Assembly: GCF_003018255.1 (NCBI RefSeq)
Contig: NZ_CP027440.1
Direction: 5' to 3' (one strand)
DNA from: Escherichia coli
Lineage (GTDB): Bacteria > Pseudomonadota > Gammaproteobacteria > Enterobacterales > Enterobacteriaceae
Length of the DNA stretch: 64,000 nucleotides
The notes beneath the pieces are model-generated. The model was not told where the DNA came from. It saw nothing but the letters and a program-made list of their open reading frames with translations, and searched no databases. Both the position numbers and the translations under genes were made by a program. Shown piece by piece: positions 1-12,080 of the stretch (positions are counted from its first letter, which is position 1; each line of letters starts with the position of its first letter).

Positions 1-508
1 GTAGGGTCATAAAGAACTGGCGAAACAGAAACGTGGCGGTCGCCGAGGCCATCAGCGGCAGCGTTAAACCTGCGTAGCTGTCGAGCATTTTCAGGTTGGC
101 GATGACTTCCACCGTCGGGAAGATACGCACTTCAACCGGCAGCATCAGGGTGATAAAAATCATCCAGAAGAAGAGGTTACGTAGTGGAAAACGAAACCAG
201 ACAATGGCAAAGGCCGAGAGCATCGAGACGGTAATTTTGCCGAGCGTAATGCTGAACGCCATCACAAAGCTGTTAAGCAACATCCGCCAGAACGGCGCGC
301 TATTCGTGCCTACCCCGTTCACCCAGATGTTGTGGATGTTTTCCAGCAGATGCGTGCCGGGGATTAGCGTCATCGGCGCGGCGTAGACGGCTTGTTTATC
401 CAGTGTCGCCGCGACAAACGCCACGTACAGCGGGAAGAGGATCACCGCGATCCCGAGGATCAGCATGGTATGGCTGAATATTGTCAGCCACGGACGGTTC
501 TCAATCAT
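1..508 (-). CDS. ugpE: sn-glycerol-3-phosphate ABC transporter permease UgpE, N-terminal part (3' end cut by window start)
   Basis: Reverse complement of 461-508 encodes [18 protein letters not shown]; ATG at 506-508 overlaps the ugpA stop (ATGA); position in ugpBAEC operon. Confidence 0.8.
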
Positions 509-1392
509 TGGTAACGCACCTTGCTTTCAACATAGCGGAACTGCACCACCGTCAGCACGATGACGAGGAACATCAACACCACCGACTGCGCGGCAGACGA
601 AGCCAGATCCAGTCCGGTAAAGCCTTCGCGGTAAATCTTATAAATCAGCGTCGTGGTGGCCTGAACCGGCCCGCCGGACGTGGCGGCGTCGATCACCGGG
701 AAGGTATCGAAGAAGGCGTACACCAGGTTCACCACCAGCAGGAAGAAACTCACCGGAGCGATAAGCGGCAGCGCAATCTTAAAGAAGCGGCGAATCGGGC
801 CTGCACCGTCGATGGCTGCGGCTTCGATCAACGAACGGGGAATGGATTGCAGCGCGGCATAGAAGAACAGAAAGTTGTAGCTGATTTGCTTCCACACCGA
901 GGCAAACACCACCAGAAACATCGCCTGACCGCTGTTTTGCGCGTGGTTCCAGTCGTAGCCGAACTCAGCGAGAAAATGGGTGATCAGCCCGCGACCGGGG
1001 TTAAACAGGAAGATCCACAATACGGCGGCAACGGCGGGAGCCACAGCGTAAGGCAGCAGCATTAAGGTTTGATAGAAACGGCTGCCGCGCACGATGTACT
1101 CCACCAGCGCCGCAAAGAACAGCGACACCAGCAAACCGCTGACGGTGACAAAGGTGCTGAATTTTATCGTCGTCCAGAAGGAGTCGAGATAGTAGCTGTC
1201 ATGAAACAGCGTGACGAAGTTATCCAGGCCGACAAACTGGCTGGAGAAACCAAACGGATCGACGCTTTGCAGCGAGTACCACAACGCTTCGCCCGCAGGC
1301 CAGATAAAAAAGATAACGGTGATGATGAGCTGCGGCGCGACCAGCAAATAGGGCAGCCAGCGCGAGCGGAACACCGGACGGGATGATGACAT
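505..1392 (-). CDS. ugpA: sn-glycerol-3-phosphate ABC transporter permease UgpA
   Basis: 295-aa ORF, multi-TM ABC permease, immediately downstream of ugpB. Confidence 0.9.
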
Positions 1393-1399
1393 AGTTAAA

Positions 1400-1565
1400 C
1401 TCTTCGTGTTGTGTTCCCCTCACCCCGGCCCTCTCCCCAGAGGGGCGAGAGAGAAAGGCGGTGCATACTTTCCCACCGAGCGAAGTTGCAAACCGACACG
1501 GCACCAGGATACCACGCCGATCGGTCCCCTCTCCCTTTGGGAGAGGGTTAGGGTGAGGGTAAGAG
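1400..1565. repeat. GC-rich imperfect palindromic intergenic repeat (box C-like)
   Basis: ccctcaccccggccctctcccc ... gggagagggttagggtgaggg inverted arms between ugpA and ugpB; a similar motif lies after zntA. Confidence 0.35.
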
Positions 1566-1567
1566 AA

Positions 1568-2884
1568 TTAAGACTTCGTAGACTGCTCAAAGCGGCGCAG
1601 TAACTGGTTCCCACGCTCAACGGCGGTATCCAGCGCCTGCTGCGGTGTCTTCTTACCGGTCCACACGCTCTCCAGCTCTTCATCCACAATCACGCGGATC
1701 TGCGGCATGTTGCCCAGACGCAGCCCTTTGGTGAACGGTAACGGCGGCTTATTCAGCATCTGACGCGTCGCGGTATCCGCCCCTGGGTTTTTCTCATAAA
1801 AGCCCTGCTCACGGGTCAGGTCATACGCCGCTTTGGTGATTGGCAGATAACCGGTTTTCTGATGCCACTCGGCAGCGTTTTCTGGCTTCGCGAGGAAGTC
1901 GAGGAACTTCGCCACGCCGGTATACGTTTCTTTATCTTTGCCCTGCATCACCCACAGGCTGGCCCCGCCGATAATGGCGTTTTGCGGTGCATCTTTCGCA
2001 TCGGCGTCGTAAGGCATCATGCCTACGCCGTAGTTAAATTTGGCGTACTCACGAATGTTGGCAAGCGAACCGGAAGAGGCGGTGGTCATCGCGCAATCAC
2101 CGTTATAGAACTTCTCAGTGGATTCATCCTTACGCCCGACGTAGCTGAAATCGCCCTTCTTGTTCATCTCTTCGAGCATAGCGATGTGTTTCACCTGCTC
2201 CGGCTTGTTGAACTCCAGCACCGCGTCTGTGCCGTCAAAGCCGTTGTTTTTGCTGGCAAACGGCAGACCGTTCCAGGCGCTAAAGTTTTCCAGTTGGATC
2301 CAGCCCTGCCAGCCGCTGGCGTAGCCGCACTTCATACCGGAGGCTTTCAGTTTCGCGGCATAGTCCGCCAGATCCTGCCAGGTTTTCGGCGGCTGTTCCG
2401 GGTCTAAACCGGCTTTCTTGAAGGCGTCTTTGTTGTAATAGAGAACAGGAGTCGAGCTATTGAACGGCTGGGAGAGTAAGTGGCCGGTTTTGCTGTCGGA
2501 GTAGTAGCCTGAAACCGTCGGCACAAACTGCGACTCATCGAACTGAATCCCCGCCTCTTTAAACACGTCATATACCGGTTTAATGGCTTTCGACGCCATC
2601 ATGGTGGCGGTGCCAACTTCATAAACCTGCAAAATAGCCGGCGCGTTGCCGGTACGAAATGCGGCAATCCCCGCGCTTAAATTCTGTTCGTAGTTGCCTT
2701 TATAGGTCGGTACAATTTTGTAATCCGGGTTTTCGGCGTTAAAACGTTGGGCCAGAGAATCCACCTCTTTACCCAGTTCCCCTTCCATAGAATGCCAGAA
2801 CGGAATGGTCGTCACTGCCTGTGCATTCCCCATTAACGCCAGTCCGAGCGCCAGTGCTGAAGCTGTATAATGTAACGGTTTCAT
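1568..2884 (-). CDS. ugpB: sn-glycerol-3-phosphate periplasmic binding protein UgpB
   Basis: 438-aa ORF with signal peptide ([23 protein letters not shown]), solute-binding protein fold features. Confidence 0.92.
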   Translation of the reverse strand: MKPLHYTASALALGLALMGNAQAVTTIPFWHSMEGELGKEVDSLAQRFNAENPDYKIVPTYKGNYEQNLSAGIAAFRTGNAPAILQVYEVGTATMMASKAIKPVYDVFKEAGIQFDESQFVPTVSGYYSDSKTGHLLSQPFNSSTPVLYYNKDAFKKAGLDPEQPPKTWQDLADYAAKLKASGMKCGYASGWQGWIQLENFSAWNGLPFASKNNGFDGTDAVLEFNKPEQVKHIAMLEEMNKKGDFSYVGRKDESTEKFYNGDCAMTTASSGSLANIREYAKFNYGVGMMPYDADAKDAPQNAIIGGASLWVMQGKDKETYTGVAKFLDFLAKPENAAEWHQKTGYLPITKAAYDLTREQGFYEKNPGADTATRQMLNKPPLPFTKGLRLGNMPQIRVIVDEELESVWTGKKTPQQALDTAVERGNQLLRRFEQSTKS

Positions 2885-2889
2885 CGTTT

Positions 2890-3010
2890 ATCTCTCTTGT
2901 TGTACCGGATGCGCGAATTCACGCTTTTTATGCTCGCGGGGTAACATGACATGCTCGAATTACAGAAAAATAACTTTTTTGTTACATTTGTAAGATAGTA
3001 AGGTGTCAGA
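2890..3010 (-). promoter_or_regulatory. ugpB promoter region with Pho-box-like TGTCA repeats
   Basis: Reverse complement contains CTGACACC, TGTAACA and CATGTCATGTTACC motifs upstream of the ugpB start; the ugp operon is Pho-regulated. Confidence 0.4.
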
Positions 3011-3092
3011 AAGATGACAAGGCGGTGACGGCGTGGGTGAGGGAAAATGGGAGATGGGGCACGGATAAAAAGCAGAATGGCTAAGAACCTTG

Positions 3093-3470
3093 TCAGGTAC
3101 CGCGTTGACGCAAGCGGGTAACGATATCTTCTAACGATACTTTTCCCGCCGCCACATCAACCGTCAATTCTACAAACTCTGGGTTTGCAGCAAGTATGAT
3201 GCCGTTACGTTTAAGGAATAATAGCGTGATAAACAGTGCGGTGCGCTTATTACCATCATTAAAGATATGACCGCGCGAGATTGCCAATAGATGCATCGCC
3301 GCCAGCAGCCAAAGATCAGAAACGCCTTCATACTCATACTTATTCAGTACCCGGTACAAAAGCGCTTCTGCTCGCCCTGGATCGGACATTCCTGTTACAC
3401 CTGGTGTAACGCTAAGCAATTTATCGTGGAAATAAATTATCTCCTCCGCTGAGATAAACTGAATGGTCAT
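3093..3470 (-). CDS. doc: Doc (death-on-curing) Fic-family toxin
   Basis: 125 aa; GMSDPGRAEA and HIFNDGNKRTAL (Fic/Doc motif) closely resemble phage P1 Doc; overlaps the upstream antitoxin by 4 bp. Confidence 0.85.
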   Translation of the reverse strand: MTIQFISAEEIIYFHDKLLSVTPGVTGMSDPGRAEALLYRVLNKYEYEGVSDLWLLAAMHLLAISRGHIFNDGNKRTALFITLLFLKRNGIILAANPEFVELTVDVAAGKVSLEDIVTRLRQRGT

Positions 3471-3688
3471 TTATCCGCTAACTCCTTAATTTCGCTGCCA
3501 TGAATAGCCATGATGGCGTCAAATTCTGCGTCCAGTTTAGCCTTCTGGTAACGTTCAAACTCTTCTGCGCTGATAATCACAGCTGCCTTATGACCACGCC
3601 TCGTGATCGTTACCGGAGTACCTGTCGCCGCTGTTTCCAGAACTAATGCAAGGTTCTGCCGCGCTTCGCTGTAGTTCATGGTATGCAT
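3467..3688 (-). CDS. phd: Phd/YefM-family antitoxin
   Basis: MNYSEARQNL ... AAVIISAEEFERYQKAKLDAEF resembles P1 Phd; GGAGGA Shine-Dalgarno upstream; start chosen at MHTMNYSE (an alternative start is at 3680). Confidence 0.8.
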   Translation of the reverse strand: MHTMNYSEARQNLALVLETAATGTPVTITRRGHKAAVIISAEEFERYQKAKLDAEFDAIMAIHGSEIKELADK

Positions 3689-3699
3689 GATATCCTCCA

Positions 3700-3740
3700 T
3701 ATTAAGTACAATTAAATTGTACAACTAACAAGTACAAAAA
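3700..3740 (-). promoter_or_regulatory. Palindromic putative operator in the phd-doc promoter
   Basis: Perfect 17-bp palindrome GTACAATTAAATTGTAC (3706-3722) plus an extra GTACAA half-site directly upstream of phd. Confidence 0.45.
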
Positions 3741-3765
3741 AGGAGTCATTCGACTCCTTTTTACT
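3735..3765 (-). terminator. Rho-independent terminator after livF (bidirectional hairpin)
   Basis: AGGAGTC-ATTC-GACTCCT stem-loop flanked by an A-run and a T-run, just downstream of the livF stop. Confidence 0.65.
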
Positions 3766-3775
3766 CAAAATATTA

Positions 3776-4489
3776 TTACCCGCCTAAATACGCACTTCTC
3801 ACCGCTTCGTTCGCCAGCAGCGCATCGCCAGTATCGGAGAGCACCACATGACCGTTTTCCAGCACGTAGCCGCGATCAGCGAGCTTCAGCGCCTGGTTGG
3901 CGTTCTGCTCGACGAGGAAGATGGTCATCCCCTGCTCGCGCAGTTGCTCGATGGTGTCGAAAATTTGCTGGATGATAATCGGTGCCAGTCCGAGCGAGGG
4001 TTCATCAAGCAATAACAAACGTGGGTTACTCATCAAAGCGCGACCAATCGCCAGCATCTGCTGTTCACCGCCGGACATGGTGCCTGCCCGCTGAACACGG
4101 CGTTCATGCAGACGTGGAAACAGTTCATACACCCACTTTATGCGCTCCTGGAACTGGTCGCGTTCAGCAAAAAAGCCGCCCATCGCCAGATTCTCTTCCA
4201 CCGTCATGCGTGAGAAGACGCGACGTCCTTCCGGGACAATCGCCACCGCTTCGCGCATGATTTTCGCCGTCTGCCAGTCGGTAATGTCTTTATCATCAAA
4301 CACAATTCGCCCGCTGGTGGCGCGTGGGTCGCCGCATAACGTGCCGAGCAAGGTGGTTTTCCCCGCCCCGTTCGCGCCAATCAGCGTGACAATTTCGCCC
4401 TGATTGATATGCAGGCTCACCTCATGCAGCGCCTGGATTTTGCCGTAGTGGGCGCTAACTTTGTCAAAGGACAACATGACTTTTTCCAT
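3776..4489 (-). CDS. livF: Branched-chain amino acid ABC transporter ATPase LivF
   Basis: Walker A GANGAGKTT; start at MEKVMLSFDKV gives 237 aa. Confidence 0.92.
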   Translation of the reverse strand: MEKVMLSFDKVSAHYGKIQALHEVSLHINQGEIVTLIGANGAGKTTLLGTLCGDPRATSGRIVFDDKDITDWQTAKIMREAVAIVPEGRRVFSRMTVEENLAMGGFFAERDQFQERIKWVYELFPRLHERRVQRAGTMSGGEQQMLAIGRALMSNPRLLLLDEPSLGLAPIIIQQIFDTIEQLREQGMTIFLVEQNANQALKLADRGYVLENGHVVLSDTGDALLANEAVRSAYLGG

Positions 4490-4490
4490 C

Positions 4491-5258
4491 TTATGCCTCA
4501 CCTAAATAGGCACGGATCACGTCCGGGTTATTACGGATCTGCTCCGGCGTACCGTTTGCCAGCGGCGTCCCCTGATTGACCACGTAAATTCTGTCTGAAA
4601 TCCCCATCACCAGCTTCATATCGTGTTCAATCAACAAGATAGTGGTGTTGTGATGGTTACGCAGTTCGGCAATCAGCTCATCCAGCTCTTTCGTCTCTTT
4701 CGGGTTAAGACCTGCTGCCGGTTCGTCGAGCATTAAAATCTCCGGCTGCGTTACCATGCAGCGGGCGATCTCCAGACGGCGCTGGTCACCGTAGGCCAGG
4801 TTACTCGCCTGACGGTTAGCGTGTTCGAGCAAACCAATGCGCTCAAGCCAGGTTGCGGCACGGTCGAGCGCTTCGCTCTGGGCGCGGCGGAAAGAAGGCG
4901 TTTTCAACAGGCCGGAGAACAGCCCGGTTTTCAGTTGCTGATGCTGCGCCACCAGCAAGTTTTCAATCACCGTCATTTCACGAAACAGACGCACATGCTG
5001 GAAGGTGCGCACCACGCCCATGCGGGCGATTTGCTGGCCGGGCAAACCTTCCAGATGCTGATCGCGCAGTAAAATAGTGCCACCGGTGGGTTTGTAGAAA
5101 CCGGTCAGGCAGTTAAAAACCGTGGTTTTTCCGGCACCGTTAGGGCCGATTAACGAGACGATCTCCTGCGGGTACAGTTCAAGATTGACGTTATTCACCG
5201 CCAGCAGGCCGCCGAAGCGCATCATCAGGCCGTTAACAGATAATAATGGCTGACTCAT
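4491..5258 (-). CDS. livG: Branched-chain amino acid ABC transporter ATPase LivG
   Basis: 255 aa, Walker [10 protein letters not shown], adjacent to livF and livM. Confidence 0.92.
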   Translation of the reverse strand: MSQPLLSVNGLMMRFGGLLAVNNVNLELYPQEIVSLIGPNGAGKTTVFNCLTGFYKPTGGTILLRDQHLEGLPGQQIARMGVVRTFQHVRLFREMTVIENLLVAQHQQLKTGLFSGLLKTPSFRRAQSEALDRAATWLERIGLLEHANRQASNLAYGDQRRLEIARCMVTQPEILMLDEPAAGLNPKETKELDELIAELRNHHNTTILLIEHDMKLVMGISDRIYVVNQGTPLANGTPEQIRNNPDVIRAYLGEA

Positions 5259-6532
5259 GCCTGCTCTCCTTTCGCTGCGCCGTTTTTCAGCTTGAGTTGC
5301 GGGCGCGTCATGGGCAGCAAGCCCTGCGGACGCCAGATCATCATCAGCACCATCAAACCACCGAGCATTAACATGCTGTATTCGTTGAAATCACGCATCA
5401 ACTCTCGCGACACCACCAGCAAAATTGCCGCCAGAATCACCGCAAATTGCGAACCCATACCACCGAGCACCACTATCGCCAGCACAAACGCCGATTCGGC
5501 AAAAGTGAAGGATTCCGGGCTGACAAAGCCCTGACGCGCAGCAAACAGCGTTCCGGCAAAACCAGCAAACGCGGCGCTGATGGTAAAGGCAGTCAGCTTG
5601 ATACGACGCGGGCTTAAGCCCAGCGAACGGCAGGCGATCTCGTCTTCACGCAACGCTTCCCACGCACGGCCCAGCGGCATCCGCAGCAGGCGGTTAATGA
5701 CAAACAGGCTTAACACCACCAGCAGCAACGCCACCAGGTAGAGGAAGATGACGCGATCGGAGGGATCGTATTTCAGGCCAAAGAAATTACTGAACGTGTC
5801 CCAGCCGCCTTCGCGGGCGGTACGGCTGAACTCGAGTCCGAAGAGCGTCGGTTTCGGAATCTGACTGATACCGTTCGGTCCGCCGGTAATTTCGGTGTTA
5901 TTGAGCAGCAATATGCGCACAATTTCGCCGAACCCGAGGGTAACGATCGCCAGATAGTCACCGCGCAGACGCAGCACCGGAAAACCGAGCAGGAAGCCCG
6001 CCGCCGCCGCCATCAACCCGGCAATCGGCAGACAGGTCCAGAAGCCCAGACTGTAATAGTGATTGAGCAGCGCAAAAGTGTAAGCGCCGATGGCGTAAAA
6101 GCCGCCGTATCCCAGCACCAGCAGACCAGAAAGACCAACAACCACGTTCAGCCCGAGACCGAGAATAATGTAGATCATGGTCAGAGTGGCGATATCCACC
6201 GTCCCACGCGACACCATAAACGGCCACGCCACTGCAAGCACCAGCAGCGCCACGAGGAACAGTTTCTGCTTCACCGTGGAGCCATCAATCGCGGGCAGAA
6301 TAAACTTCGGCCCGGAAACGCTTTTTAGCCCTTTCTGGAAAGCAGGCCGCACAAGCTGGAAGAAAAAGACCACCGCCGTGCCGATAAACACCCACTGCCA
6401 ACGGATCTCTGAAGCCGTGTCGACCACCAGTTTGGTGCCATCCAGCTCCAGTTGCACGCCCATAAAGACGCCCGCCAGCACAAAGAACATAGCGGCAGAG
6501 AGCAGCGCCATTGCAATATGCATCGGTTTCAT
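5255..6532 (-). CDS. livM: Branched-chain amino acid ABC transporter permease LivM
   Basis: 425-aa multi-TM ORF in the liv operon. Confidence 0.9.
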   Translation of the reverse strand: MKPMHIAMALLSAAMFFVLAGVFMGVQLELDGTKLVVDTASEIRWQWVFIGTAVVFFFQLVRPAFQKGLKSVSGPKFILPAIDGSTVKQKLFLVALLVLAVAWPFMVSRGTVDIATLTMIYIILGLGLNVVVGLSGLLVLGYGGFYAIGAYTFALLNHYYSLGFWTCLPIAGLMAAAAGFLLGFPVLRLRGDYLAIVTLGFGEIVRILLLNNTEITGGPNGISQIPKPTLFGLEFSRTAREGGWDTFSNFFGLKYDPSDRVIFLYLVALLLVVLSLFVINRLLRMPLGRAWEALREDEIACRSLGLSPRRIKLTAFTISAAFAGFAGTLFAARQGFVSPESFTFAESAFVLAIVVLGGMGSQFAVILAAILLVVSRELMRDFNEYSMLMLGGLMVLMMIWRPQGLLPMTRPQLKLKNGAAKGEQA

Positions 6533-7455
6533 ACTTTCTCTACCTCCGGGCGACCCAGAATACCGGTCGGCATCACCAGCAGCACCAGGATCAGCAGGGC
6601 GAATGAGACCACATCTTTATATTCCGTACTCAGATAGGCAGAAGAGAGCGCCTCCGCAATCCCCAGGATCAGCCCGCCAATCATCGCCCCCGGAATGCTG
6701 CCAATCCCACCGAGCACCGCAGCGGTAAAGGCTTTCATCCCGGCCATAAAGCCGATGTAAGGGTTAATTACGCCGTAGAACTGACCGAGCAGCACGCCCG
6801 CCACTGCCGCCATCGCCGCGCCAATCACAAAGGTCAGCGCAATCACCCGGTCGGTGTTGATGCCAAGCAGGCTCGCCATTTTCAGATCTTCCGCGCAGGC
6901 ACGGCAGGCGCGCCCCATACGGGAATAGCGAATGAAAATCGTCAGCGCCAGCATGGCGAGGAAAGTAACAATCCATATCACCGCCTGCATGGTGGTAATA
7001 GAGGCAGAGAAGTTTTCGCTATGGCCCACCACCCACTGACCGTTAAACAGGCTGGGCAGCGCCACGTCGCGCGAACCTTCGGTCAGGCTGACGTAGTTTT
7101 GCAGGAAGATAGACATGCCGATTGCGGAAATAAGCGCAATCAGGCGCTTAGAGTTACGCACCGGACGATAGGCTACCCGTTCGATACTCCAGCCGTAGGC
7201 GCTGGCAATGACGATTGCGCCGACGAATCCCGCCGCCACCAGCAGCCAGCCGGTATCAATGCCCATCATCATCAGTGCGGCGATGATCATAAAGGAGACA
7301 TAGCTACCAATCATATAAACCTCGCCGTGGGCGAAGTTGATCATGCCGATAATGCCGTAAACCATGGTGTAGCCGATGGCTATCAGCGCGTAGGTACTGC
7401 CCAGCGTGACGCCGTTAAACATCTGCTGCAAGAAATACAAAAACTGCTCAGACAT
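6529..7455 (-). CDS. livH: Branched-chain amino acid ABC transporter permease LivH
   Basis: 308-aa multi-TM ORF, 4-bp overlap with livM. Confidence 0.9.
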   Translation of the reverse strand: MSEQFLYFLQQMFNGVTLGSTYALIAIGYTMVYGIIGMINFAHGEVYMIGSYVSFMIIAALMMMGIDTGWLLVAAGFVGAIVIASAYGWSIERVAYRPVRNSKRLIALISAIGMSIFLQNYVSLTEGSRDVALPSLFNGQWVVGHSENFSASITTMQAVIWIVTFLAMLALTIFIRYSRMGRACRACAEDLKMASLLGINTDRVIALTFVIGAAMAAVAGVLLGQFYGVINPYIGFMAGMKAFTAAVLGGIGSIPGAMIGGLILGIAEALSSAYLSTEYKDVVSFALLILVLLVMPTGILGRPEVEKV

Positions 7456-7502
7456 AAGGTAACCTTTCTAAAACCGCCCGCATTTCACGGGCGGTGGGAT
7501 GA

Positions 7503-8612
7503 TCACTTGGCTGCCGTCGATGAACCGTCGGCGTGCCACTGGAAGACACCAAAATCAAATCCCTTAAGATCGCCTTTTTCATCCCAGTTCAGCGGCCCAA
7601 TCACGGTGTTTGCACCGTTAGCTTTTAAATCTTTCACCAGCGCCAGCGGCTCATCGCTGCCGGTACGCTCAAGGGCAGTCGCCAGAGATTGCACCGCCGC
7701 GTAGGTGATCCAGACATAAGGTCCGGACGGATCTTTCTTGTCTGCTTTCAGCGCATCAACGATGCCTTTGTTTGCCGGGTCCTGGTCATAGCGTTTTGGC
7801 ATAGTGACCAACATACCTTCGGCGGCATCACCAGCAATGTTCGACAGCGACGCATTACCCACCCCTTCCGGCCCCATAAACTGAGTTTTCAGGCCAACGG
7901 AACGGGCCTGGCGCAGCATCTGCCCCATTTCCGGGTAGTAACCGCCGTAGTAAACGAAGTCGATGTTTTCTTTTTTCAGGCGGGCGATCAGCGCGGAGAA
8001 ATCTTTCTCACCAGCGGTAATGCCGTCGAAGAAGACGACGTTGGCATTGGCTGCTTTCAATCCGTCCTGCACCGAACGCGCCAGCCCTTCGCCATACTGT
8101 TGTTTGTCGTGAATGATGGCGATGCGCTGGGGCTTCACCGTCTCAAGAATGTATTTTGCCGCCGTTGGCCCCTGGGAAGAGTCCAGACCGGCAGTACGCA
8201 TGATGTATTGATAACCGCGTTGGGTCAGCTCCGGATTGGTCGCTCCCGGCGAAATCATCAGAATACCTTCGTCTTCGTAGATATCTGATGCAGGTTGGGT
8301 AGAGGAGGAACACAGGTGCCCAATAACGTATTTAATGCCGTCGTTAACGATTTTGTTGGCGACCGCAACGGCTTGTTTCGGGTCGCAGGCGTCGTCATAT
8401 TCCACGCCAACCAGCTTATCGCCTTTAATTCCCCCTTTGGCATTAATGTCTTTAATCGCCTGACGCGCGCCGTTAAATTCCATATCGCCCCACTGGGCAA
8501 TCGGGCCGGACATCGCGCCGACAACGGCGACTTTAATATCGTCAGCCATAGCGGTGTGTGAAATTGCCAGTGCAATCATCCCTGCGATGATAGTTTTCGC
8601 ATTCCGTTTCAT
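7503..8612 (-). CDS. livK: Leucine-specific periplasmic binding protein LivK
   Basis: Start at [23 protein letters not shown] (signal peptide), 369 aa; paralogous to the livJ product. Confidence 0.9.
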   Translation of the reverse strand: MKRNAKTIIAGMIALAISHTAMADDIKVAVVGAMSGPIAQWGDMEFNGARQAIKDINAKGGIKGDKLVGVEYDDACDPKQAVAVANKIVNDGIKYVIGHLCSSSTQPASDIYEDEGILMISPGATNPELTQRGYQYIMRTAGLDSSQGPTAAKYILETVKPQRIAIIHDKQQYGEGLARSVQDGLKAANANVVFFDGITAGEKDFSALIARLKKENIDFVYYGGYYPEMGQMLRQARSVGLKTQFMGPEGVGNASLSNIAGDAAEGMLVTMPKRYDQDPANKGIVDALKADKKDPSGPYVWITYAAVQSLATALERTGSDEPLALVKDLKANGANTVIGPLNWDEKGDLKGFDFGVFQWHADGSSTAAK

Positions 8613-9035
8613 AGTCAAAAATCCCCATTCGTGATGTTGTGTTGCTTTGTTCTTATGTGTTAACAAATCAGACTGTTCTTTTTTTATACTGCACTGTTTT
8701 TGCCTGTCTGATTAAGGGTTTAGCACAGTATTTTGTGATGATAGCGATTAAAATCCCTATTTTTCAGTCGATTAAGAACAGATAATATTCTGAATTTATT
8801 GATAGATAAACAGAAAAAAGCGCCGTTGTCAGCATAAAATAACGGTACAAAGGGCGGAATAATTCACTACCATTCAGGGGATTATGCTGGGTATTTTTCA
8901 TTCTCTAATGTTTTAACTTTGTAATTATTGCTGTTAAAAAATTAATCACCTGCCAAAAGAATTAAAAAAGAGAAAGCCTCCGATTAAATTATTTCGCTAC
9001 ACTGGTTCCACTTTTGTGATTTACACGGGTTCCCC

Positions 9036-9419
9036 ATGAAGCTGACCATCATTCGATTAGAAAACTTTAGCGACCAGGACCGGATTGACCTGCAAAAGAT
9101 CTGGCCGGAGTATTCCCCTTCCTCTTTACAGGTTGACGATAACCACCGTATCTACGCCGCGCGTTTTAACGAGCGCCTTCTCGCGGCCGTGCGGGTAACC
9201 TTAAGCGGCACCGAGGGGGCACTGGATTCCCTGCGTGTGAGGGAAGTCACCCGCCGTCGCGGTGTGGGGCAATATCTGCTGGAAGAGGTTTTGCGTAACA
9301 ATCCTGGCGTTTCATGCTGGTGGATGGCGGATGCAGGCGTGGAAGATCGCGGCGTGATGACAGCGTTTATGCAGGCACTGGGATTTACGGCACAACAGGG
9401 CGGCTGGGAGAAGCGTTAA
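9036..9419 (+). CDS. panM: PanD maturation factor PanM (YhhK), GNAT-like
   Basis: 127-aa ORF divergent from livK, matches YhhK/PanM. Confidence 0.8.
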   Translation: MKLTIIRLENFSDQDRIDLQKIWPEYSPSSLQVDDNHRIYAARFNERLLAAVRVTLSGTEGALDSLRVREVTRRRGVGQYLLEEVLRNNPGVSCWWMADAGVEDRGVMTAFMQALGFTAQQGGWEKR

Positions 9420-9439
9420 TCGTCAAGTTTGATTTCACA

Positions 9440-9560
<121 letters not shown>

Positions 9561-9606
9561 CTCGATATTAGCAATTTGGCGGCAACCCAAAGTTGCCGAT
9601 TAATGA

Positions 9607-10710
9607 TTACTTCGCATCAGTCGCCGTGCCGTTGGCGTGCCAGTCAAATACGCCGAACTCAAAGCCTTTCAGATCACCTTTCTCATCCCAGGTCAGCGGC
9701 CCCATCACCGTATCCACGGAGTTCGCTTTCAGGTATTTGGCTATTTCAGCCGGATCGTCAGACTGATTCAGGCCCACCTGCAAAGATTGCAGCGCGGCGT
9801 AGGTGGTCCAGACGAACGCGCCGCTTGGGTCCTGTTTCTTCGCTTTGATCGCGTCAACAATGGGTTTGTTCGCCGGAACCTGATCGTAGTTCTTCGGCTT
9901 GGTCACCAGCAGTCCTTCCGCTGATTCACCCGCAATGTTAGACAGCGAGACGTTAGCCACGCCTTCCGGCCCCATAAACTGAGTTTTCAGCCCTGCCGCG
10001 CGTGCCTGACGCAGGATTTGCCCCATTTCCGGGTGATAACCGCCGTAGTAAACGAAGTCGATATTCTCTTTCTTCAGACGCGCCACCAGCGTTGAGAAAT
10101 CTTTTTCCCCGGCGGTGATACCATCAAAGAACACCACGTTAGCATTGCCTTTCTTCAGGCCGTCCTGCACCGCTCGCGCCAGACCTTCGCCGTATTGCTG
10201 TTTGTCGTGAACGATAGCAATACGCTGCGGTTTCACTTTCTCAAGAATATATTTCGCCGCCGTCGGCCCCTGGTCGGAGTCCAGGCCGGTGGTGCGCAGG
10301 ATCAGCTGATAGCCACGGGCGGTCAGCTCTGGTGCGGTTGCCGCTGGGGTGATCATTAAAATGCCTTCGTCTTCGTAGATGTCAGACGCTGGCTGCGTTG
10401 ATGAAGAGCAGAGGTGACCAATCACGTATTTAATGCCGTCGTTAACGACTTTGTTCGCCACCGCAACCGCCTGTTTCGGGTCACAGGCATCGTCATATTT
10501 TACGATTTGCAGTTTGTTGCCTTTGATACCACCTTTAGCATTGATATCCGCAACCGCCTGCTCTGCGCCAGTAAACTCCTGGTCACCGTACTGCGCCACC
10601 GGACCGGACATTGCGCCTACGACGGCGACTTTAATATCTTCTGCCAGAGCCATATTGCTGAATGCCAGCGCGATACATCCTGCCAGTAACGCTTTACCCT
10701 TTATGTTCAT
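9607..10710 (-). CDS. livJ: Leu/Ile/Val periplasmic binding protein LivJ
   Basis: Start at [23 protein letters not shown], 367 aa. Confidence 0.9.
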   Translation of the reverse strand: MNIKGKALLAGCIALAFSNMALAEDIKVAVVGAMSGPVAQYGDQEFTGAEQAVADINAKGGIKGNKLQIVKYDDACDPKQAVAVANKVVNDGIKYVIGHLCSSSTQPASDIYEDEGILMITPAATAPELTARGYQLILRTTGLDSDQGPTAAKYILEKVKPQRIAIVHDKQQYGEGLARAVQDGLKKGNANVVFFDGITAGEKDFSTLVARLKKENIDFVYYGGYHPEMGQILRQARAAGLKTQFMGPEGVANVSLSNIAGESAEGLLVTKPKNYDQVPANKPIVDAIKAKKQDPSGAFVWTTYAALQSLQVGLNQSDDPAEIAKYLKANSVDTVMGPLTWDEKGDLKGFEFGVFDWHANGTATDAK

Positions 10711-10981
10711 CCTGAGAATCCCCATTCTTCTGGTTATTACGTGTGTTGTGATGTTGTTGTTCAGCACTTTATTTCGTTTTATGCATGACTACCCGTGCTT
10801 TAGCAGCATACTCTGCTAAAACATACCCGATTTTTATGATATTGGAATAGCTATTTTGACAGTTTATTAACAATCTGCGTGGGGATTGGCGTTTTGCCGG
10901 AGGGGGAAACTGATTATTGCAGAGGCCCAAAAAACAAAAACCCCGGATTCTCATCCAGGGTTCTCTGCTGAGTAGCGGAAA

Positions 10982-11836
10982 TTACGCTTCAATGGCAGCG
11001 CGAAGTTTTTTCATCGCATTCTTTTCCAGCTGGCGCACACGCTCAGCGGAAACACCGTAACGGTCAGCCAGTTCCTGCAACGTGGACTTGTTGTCTTCAT
11101 CCAGCCAGCGCGCGCGGATGATATCCTGGCTACGCTCGTCCAGACCTTGCATCGCGTCGGTCAGACGGTTTGCCGCTTGCTCTTCCCAATTATCGTCTTC
11201 AATGCCGTCGGCAAAGTTAGATGATTTATCCTGCAGATAGAGCACCGGAGCCATCGGCTGGCTGTCGGAATCGTCATCGGAAGACAGGTCAAAGGTCATG
11301 TCCTGTGCCGCCATACGCGACTCCATCTCACGTACGTCTTTGCTGGTTACGCCCAGTTCACGGGCCACCATTTCAACTTCATCCTGATTAAACCAGCCCA
11401 GACGCTGCTTGGTTTTACGCAGGTTGAAGAACAGTTTGCGCTGCGCTTTGGTGGTCGCAACTTTGACGATACGCCAGTTACGCAGAACGTATTCGTGGAT
11501 CTCTGCTTTGATCCAGTGGACGGCGAAGGAGACCAGGCGCACACCCACTTCCGGGTTAAAACGGCGCACTGCTTTCATCAGGCCGATGTTACCTTCCTGA
11601 ATCAAATCCGCCTGTGGCAGGCCATAGCCCGCATAATTACGAGCAATATGAACAACAAACCGCAGGTGAGACAGGATCAGCGTTTTAGCTGCTTCCAGAT
11701 CGCCATGGTAATGCAGCTTTTCAGCCAGCGCCCGCTCCTCGTCAGCCGACAACATCGGCCACGCGTTAGCTGCCCGGATGTAGGAATCCAGGTTGCCAAC
11801 TGGGGCTAAAGCTAAACTTTGCATTTTGTCAGTCAT
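10982..11836 (-). CDS. rpoH: RNA polymerase sigma-32 factor RpoH
   Basis: 284 aa, [24 protein letters not shown] ..., sigma-70 family regions. Confidence 0.95.
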   Translation of the reverse strand: MTDKMQSLALAPVGNLDSYIRAANAWPMLSADEERALAEKLHYHGDLEAAKTLILSHLRFVVHIARNYAGYGLPQADLIQEGNIGLMKAVRRFNPEVGVRLVSFAVHWIKAEIHEYVLRNWRIVKVATTKAQRKLFFNLRKTKQRLGWFNQDEVEMVARELGVTSKDVREMESRMAAQDMTFDLSSDDDSDSQPMAPVLYLQDKSSNFADGIEDDNWEEQAANRLTDAMQGLDERSQDIIRARWLDEDNKSTLQELADRYGVSAERVRQLEKNAMKKLRAAIEA

Positions 11837-11924
11837 TCAAATCCTCTCAATCGATATCTTCTGGCGCTTCAGTGGTAGCAACAACTGTGCCAGAGCTTAA
11901 GAGCAACGAGGTTATCATTCACTG

Positions 11925-11958
11925 TTTTATCAGACCGTGATTTTATCCACAAGTTCAA
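11925..11958 (-). promoter_or_regulatory. rpoH P3 promoter (sigma-E type)
   Basis: Minus-strand GAACTT (-35, 11950-11955), 16-17 bp spacer, TCTGA (-10, 11928-11932): tgaacttgtggataaaatcacggtctgataaaa. Confidence 0.6.
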
Positions 11959-12080
11959 TGCAAGCTTGTGAATAAATTACGCACAAAATGTGACATAGAG
12001 ATGAAATACCGGGAAGAGACAACGGGGTCTCTTTCCCTGCTACGGAACCCATTGCAGGGAAAGAGTATAACACGCTTTTA

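Noticed and set aside
481-1065. 194-aa plus-strand ORF antisense to ugpA (and similar antisense ORFs such as 1862-2407, 7021-7704, 14848-15183, 31981-32703, 53708-55087, 56673-57257)
   Set aside because: Each lies entirely within and opposite to a well-supported conserved gene; they are low-complexity shadow ORFs typical of GC-rich coding DNA, with no independent start signals.
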